From an uncultured Chitinophaga sp. (GTDB lineage: Bacteria; Bacteroidota; Bacteroidia; NS11-12g; UBA955), in assembly GCA_964505065.1 (NCBI GenBank), contig CAZDGF010000004.1, forward strand, positions 9,011 to 73,010: DNA of 64,000 nt. The letters run 5' to 3'. This document shows positions 60,688 through 64,000 of the stretch, piece after piece (position 1 is the stretch's first letter; each line of letters begins with the position of its first letter). A program made the translations under genes and the position numbers. Below the pieces are notes generated by a model, which worked only from the letters and a program-made list of their open reading frames with translations, searched no databases and had not been told where the DNA came from.

Positions 60688-61674
60688 ATGTCAATTTTAG
60701 AAATACCCAATTTTTTATATGGTGCAGGCGGTTTAATAGCCATTGTTATCATCTTTTTTCTGTTTTTATACTTTGTGCCTTTGGGCTTATGGTTTAGTGC
60801 CATATTAAGCAAAGTAAAAATATCATTGTTGGATTTAATCTTTATGCGTTGGCGAAAAGTGCCACCAGAACTTATTGTAAAAGGCTTGGTAAATGCTACC
60901 AAAGCTGGGCTTATAATTAATAGCGATATGTTAGAGGCGCATTATCTTGCAGGTGGCAATGTTATGAAAGTAGTGGCTGCACTTATAAGTGCAGATAAAG
61001 CAAATATTCCATTAGATTTTAAAGCTGCTACAGCCATAGATTTGGCAGGTAGAGATGTTTTTGATGCGGTGCAAATGAGTGTAAACCCAAGAGTAATAGA
61101 TACCCCACCAGTATCGGCAGTAGCTAAAGATGGTATTCAGCTAATAGCCAAAGCAAGGGTTACAGTGCGTGCAAATATTGCGCAGCTTGTGGGCGGTGCA
61201 GGCGAAGAAACCATATTGGCTAGGGTAGGAGAGGGAATAGTTACAACTATAGGTTCTGCAATTAGCCATAAAGAGGTGTTGGAAAATCCAGATAAAATAT
61301 CAAAAGGTGTATTGGCAAAAGGATTAGATGCGGGTACAGCTTTTGAAATACTTTCTATTGATATAGCAGACATTGATATTGGCGAAAATATAGGTGCAAA
61401 ATTGCAAATGGACCAAGCCACTGCCGATAAAAACATAGCCCAAGCAAAAGCAGAAGAACGCAGAGCAATGGCTATAGCACTTGAGCAAGAAATGAAAGCC
61501 AAAGCGCAAGAAGCACGAGCAAAAGTAATAGAAGCAGAAGCAGAAATACCTAAAAGTATGAGCGAAGCGTTTAGAAGTGGAAATTTAGGTATTATGGATT
61601 ATTACAAAATGCAAAACCTAAAAGCCGATACCGAAATGCGAGATGCTATTGCAAAACCAAATAAGAAAGAGTAA
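60688..61674 (+). CDS. floA: Flotillin-like protein FloA (SPFH/UPF0365 family); ORF track start 60634 likely too early
   Basis: [26 protein letters not shown]...[20 protein letters not shown]...[10 protein letters not shown]...; C-terminal Ala/Glu-rich coiled region. Confidence 0.8.
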   Translation: MSILEIPNFLYGAGGLIAIVIIFFLFLYFVPLGLWFSAILSKVKISLLDLIFMRWRKVPPELIVKGLVNATKAGLIINSDMLEAHYLAGGNVMKVVAALISADKANIPLDFKAATAIDLAGRDVFDAVQMSVNPRVIDTPPVSAVAKDGIQLIAKARVTVRANIAQLVGGAGEETILARVGEGIVTTIGSAISHKEVLENPDKISKGVLAKGLDAGTAFEILSIDIADIDIGENIGAKLQMDQATADKNIAQAKAEERRAMAIALEQEMKAKAQEARAKVIEAEAEIPKSMSEAFRSGNLGIMDYYKMQNLKADTEMRDAIAKPNKKE

Positions 61675-61713
61675 TTTAAAAGGAAAGTAATTTAAAATTA
61701 AATATCACTAATC

Positions 61714-62478
61714 TTAATTATTTTCTGCAGCCTCTTTTAGCATTTGCGTAGTTAATTCTTTGCCTAAATATTTGTCAATTGCGTTGTGTATTATATACAA
61801 TAATGGTGTAAGTAAAATAGCAACACTAAATTTATAAATATAATTTACGGTGCATATTGCTAATACTTTTTCCATTGTCCAATTATTGCCAATATAAAAG
61901 GCAATAAATAATACCACAAAGCTATCTATAAGTTGAGACACAAGGGTAGAACCCGTACTACGAAGCCATAAATTCCCTTCGCCCGATTTTTTTTTAAGCC
62001 AATGGAATAGTGTTACATCTATAATTTGCCCAAATAAAAAAGCAACCAATGAGCCTATAATTATCCATAAACCTTGCCCAAATATTGCAAAATAAGCATA
62101 CTGCATATTGCTAACTAGTTTGCTGCTACCGCTTATAATCCACCATTCTGCCGGGGTTGTGTGAATAGCAATAAACACTACAATAAATGCAAATGATATC
62201 ATTGCTGCGGCTATATAACTTAATAGTTTTACCCCTTTTTTACCATAATATTCATTAATTATATCTGTCATAATAAACACTACGGGCCAAAGTAGCACAC
62301 CGCAAGTAAGTTCAAAACTCAAATGCTCGAACCCCAAAATATTAAAATCAAATTTCGAAAACCCTAATGTATTTTCAAAAGAAAATATTTTAACACCAAT
62401 AAACTCTGCCACCAAAGCATTGGTAATAAAAAAAGCACCAAGTATTAAAAAAAGGATTGTAGGTTTATTAAATTTCAT
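61714..62478 (-). CDS. Queuosine-precursor transporter, YhhQ/VUT (DUF165) family
   Basis: WPVVFIMTDIINEYYGKKGVKLL motif; ~6 TM; 254 aa. Confidence 0.7.
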   Translation of the reverse strand: MKFNKPTILFLILGAFFITNALVAEFIGVKIFSFENTLGFSKFDFNILGFEHLSFELTCGVLLWPVVFIMTDIINEYYGKKGVKLLSYIAAAMISFAFIVVFIAIHTTPAEWWIISGSSKLVSNMQYAYFAIFGQGLWIIIGSLVAFLFGQIIDVTLFHWLKKKSGEGNLWLRSTGSTLVSQLIDSFVVLFIAFYIGNNWTMEKVLAICTVNYIYKFSVAILLTPLLYIIHNAIDKYLGKELTTQMLKEAAENN

Positions 62479-62678
62479 TGGTCAATTAACATTTATTTTG
62501 TCACTTTAGTTTTTAAAGTAGCAAAAGTATAAAAATATATTATAACAACTATAAAATGATTAAAAATTTATAAATTATATTATATATAATATAAAAAAAT
62601 TAAAAAACAATAAAAATATATGTTAAACAATATATTTTAATATAAAAGTAGTATATTTGCAGTATAAATAATATAAAA

Positions 62679-62915
62679 ATGAAAGAAAAAGACTATACAG
62701 CAATTGCGCTTTTTGTTAAAAAGAAAAGAAAAGAAACAAAATTAACCCAAATAGAACTTGCTTTAAAAGCAGGTGTTGGGCTTAATTTTGTTAGAGATTT
62801 AGAACAAAATAAAAAAACACTACGAATAGATAAAGTAAATGATGTATTAATACTTTTTGGGCATGAGCTTACACCAAGCCCAATAGATAGAGAAAAATGG
62901 TTGAGTAAATTATGA
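62679..62915 (+). CDS. hipB: XRE-family HTH protein, HipB-like antitoxin component
   Basis: HTH KLTQIELALKAGVGLNFVRDLEQNKK; stop overlaps next gene (ATGA). Confidence 0.7.
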   Translation: MKEKDYTAIALFVKKKRKETKLTQIELALKAGVGLNFVRDLEQNKKTLRIDKVNDVLILFGHELTPSPIDREKWLSKL

Positions 62916-63232
62916 AACAAAGAAAAGCAGAAGTATATTTTAGAGAGCATTTGGCAGGCGTAATTCAAGAAACAGAGAATGGATATGAATTTACATACAA
63001 TAATAAGTATGTAAGTGCTGATTATGCCAAAGCTATAAGCAAAACAATGCCGTTAGCTCAAATGCATTATGTTTCAAAAGTATTGTTTCCATTTTTTGAT
63101 GGCTTAATACCAGAAGGTTGGCTTTTGGATATAGCGCAGCAAAATTGGAAATTAAATTATCATGATAGAATGGGGCTGTTATTGGCTTGTTGCAAAGATT
63201 GCATAGGTGCAGTAAGCGTTATAGAAAAATAA
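62912..63232 (+). CDS. HipA N-terminal subdomain-like protein (HipS-like)
   Basis: 106 aa; resembles HipA_N 'couple' region (VYF.EHLAGVI....GYEFTY...); sits between HTH gene and HipA-type kinase gene. Confidence 0.6.
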   Translation: MKQRKAEVYFREHLAGVIQETENGYEFTYNNKYVSADYAKAISKTMPLAQMHYVSKVLFPFFDGLIPEGWLLDIAQQNWKLNYHDRMGLLLACCKDCIGAVSVIEK

Positions 63233-63236
63233 AGAG

Positions 63237-64000
63237 ATGAAAAATTTTAAAAAAAATTATTTAAGAGACAAGCAGCTTTATGAAAATGTTGTAGAAGAAA
63301 GTGGCGTTGAATATGGTTTGGTAAATAAATGTTTATATTGTTATGAACCTGTTGTAGGAAAAAAATCTGAATTTCACGAGGCGTGTAATAAAAAAATATT
63401 TGGGCAATTGGAAACCCCTTTGCTTGCCTACAATAAAGATCAATTGAGCAAATTGGCAGAAAAAATAATCCATAGCCAAAAGGCGGTAACTGGTGTACAG
63501 GCAAAGGTTTCTTTGAGTATCAATAGAAAAGCGGAACTGAATGAAGTTAAAAAATTAACTATAGTGGGATTGTATGGCGATTATATACTAAAACCCCCTT
63601 CAGAATATTATGAGCAATTGCCAGAAATTGAGCATTTAACTATGAAATTGGCACATTTGTGTGGTTTAAAAACGGTGCCTCATAGTTTGGTGCGATTAAA
63701 AGATAAAACTTTGTGTTACATAACTAAAAGAGTAGATAGACAAAAAAATGGCAAACTACACATGGAGGATATGTGCCAATTAACCGAGCGTTTAACAGAG
63801 GATAAATACAAAGGAAGTTATGAGCAAGTAGCTAAAACATTGTTGAAATATTCTTCTAATCCATTGCTAGATGTAACCAATTTTTATGAGTTGGTGCTTT
63901 TTTGTTTTTTTACAGGCAATGCAGATATGCATTTAAAGAATTTTTCTTTATTGGAAGTTGCTAATGGGGATTTTATGCTTGCGCCAGCCTACGATTTATT
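63237..64000 (+). CDS. HipA-family Ser/Thr kinase C-terminal domain protein (HipT-like), 3'-partial at window end
   Basis: GVQAKVSL (HipA Gly-rich loop), ITKRVDR, HLKNFSLL and APAYDL motifs; N-terminal CLYCYEPVVGKKSEFHEAC (CxxC...HxxC). Confidence 0.8.
   Translation, partial: MKNFKKNYLRDKQLYENVVEESGVEYGLVNKCLYCYEPVVGKKSEFHEACNKKIFGQLETPLLAYNKDQLSKLAEKIIHSQKAVTGVQAKVSLSINRKAELNEVKKLTIVGLYGDYILKPPSEYYEQLPEIEHLTMKLAHLCGLKTVPHSLVRLKDKTLCYITKRVDRQKNGKLHMEDMCQLTERLTEDKYKGSYEQVAKTLLKYSSNPLLDVTNFYELVLFCFFTGNADMHLKNFSLLEVANGDFMLAPAYDL

Noticed and set aside
63247-63504. Minus-strand 85-aa ORF
   Set aside because: Lies antisense within the clearly recognisable HipA-type kinase coding region (GVQAKVSL etc. 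on + strand).

Overview
AT-rich Bacteroidota-type chromosomal segment, judged from gene content, T9SS C-terminal sorting domains and the dcw gene order. Positions 1-13.9 kb hold a conserved cell-division/cell-wall (dcw) cluster: ftsI(partial)-murE-mraY-murD-ftsW-murG-murC-ftsQ-ftsA-ftsZ. It is interrupted only by unusual repeated intergenic elements: GC-stem hairpins plus a 'gttagcagttggcaaaa / ctttgcgtctttgcgtgaa' module sitting immediately 5' of mraY, ftsW and ftsZ. The 3' tail of ftsZ is duplicated (~67 bp, imperfect) around an inserted PD-(D/E)xK-family gene, and a start-less retropepsin-like ORF follows. Then come a tandem-SUMF1-domain secreted protein, a TPR sensor kinase/LytTR regulator pair, a TonB-dependent receptor, an AraC regulator and a giant (3783 aa) T9SS-secreted adhesin-like protein. 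Next are a WG-repeat protein followed by a 45-bp x8 tandem array of a 14-bp palindrome, a hotdog thioesterase, smpB and an OM beta-barrel. An IS256-family element sits next to an island of five large T9SS cargo genes. One of these has a G7 tract at its start codon and internal frame breaks; another has a (TG)14 microsatellite just upstream. The window ends with suhB, a peroxiredoxin, an NfeD-FloA operon, a YhhQ transporter and a tripartite HipB-HipS-HipT-like toxin-antitoxin operon (kinase gene runs off the window). No tRNA, rRNA or CRISPR was recognised.
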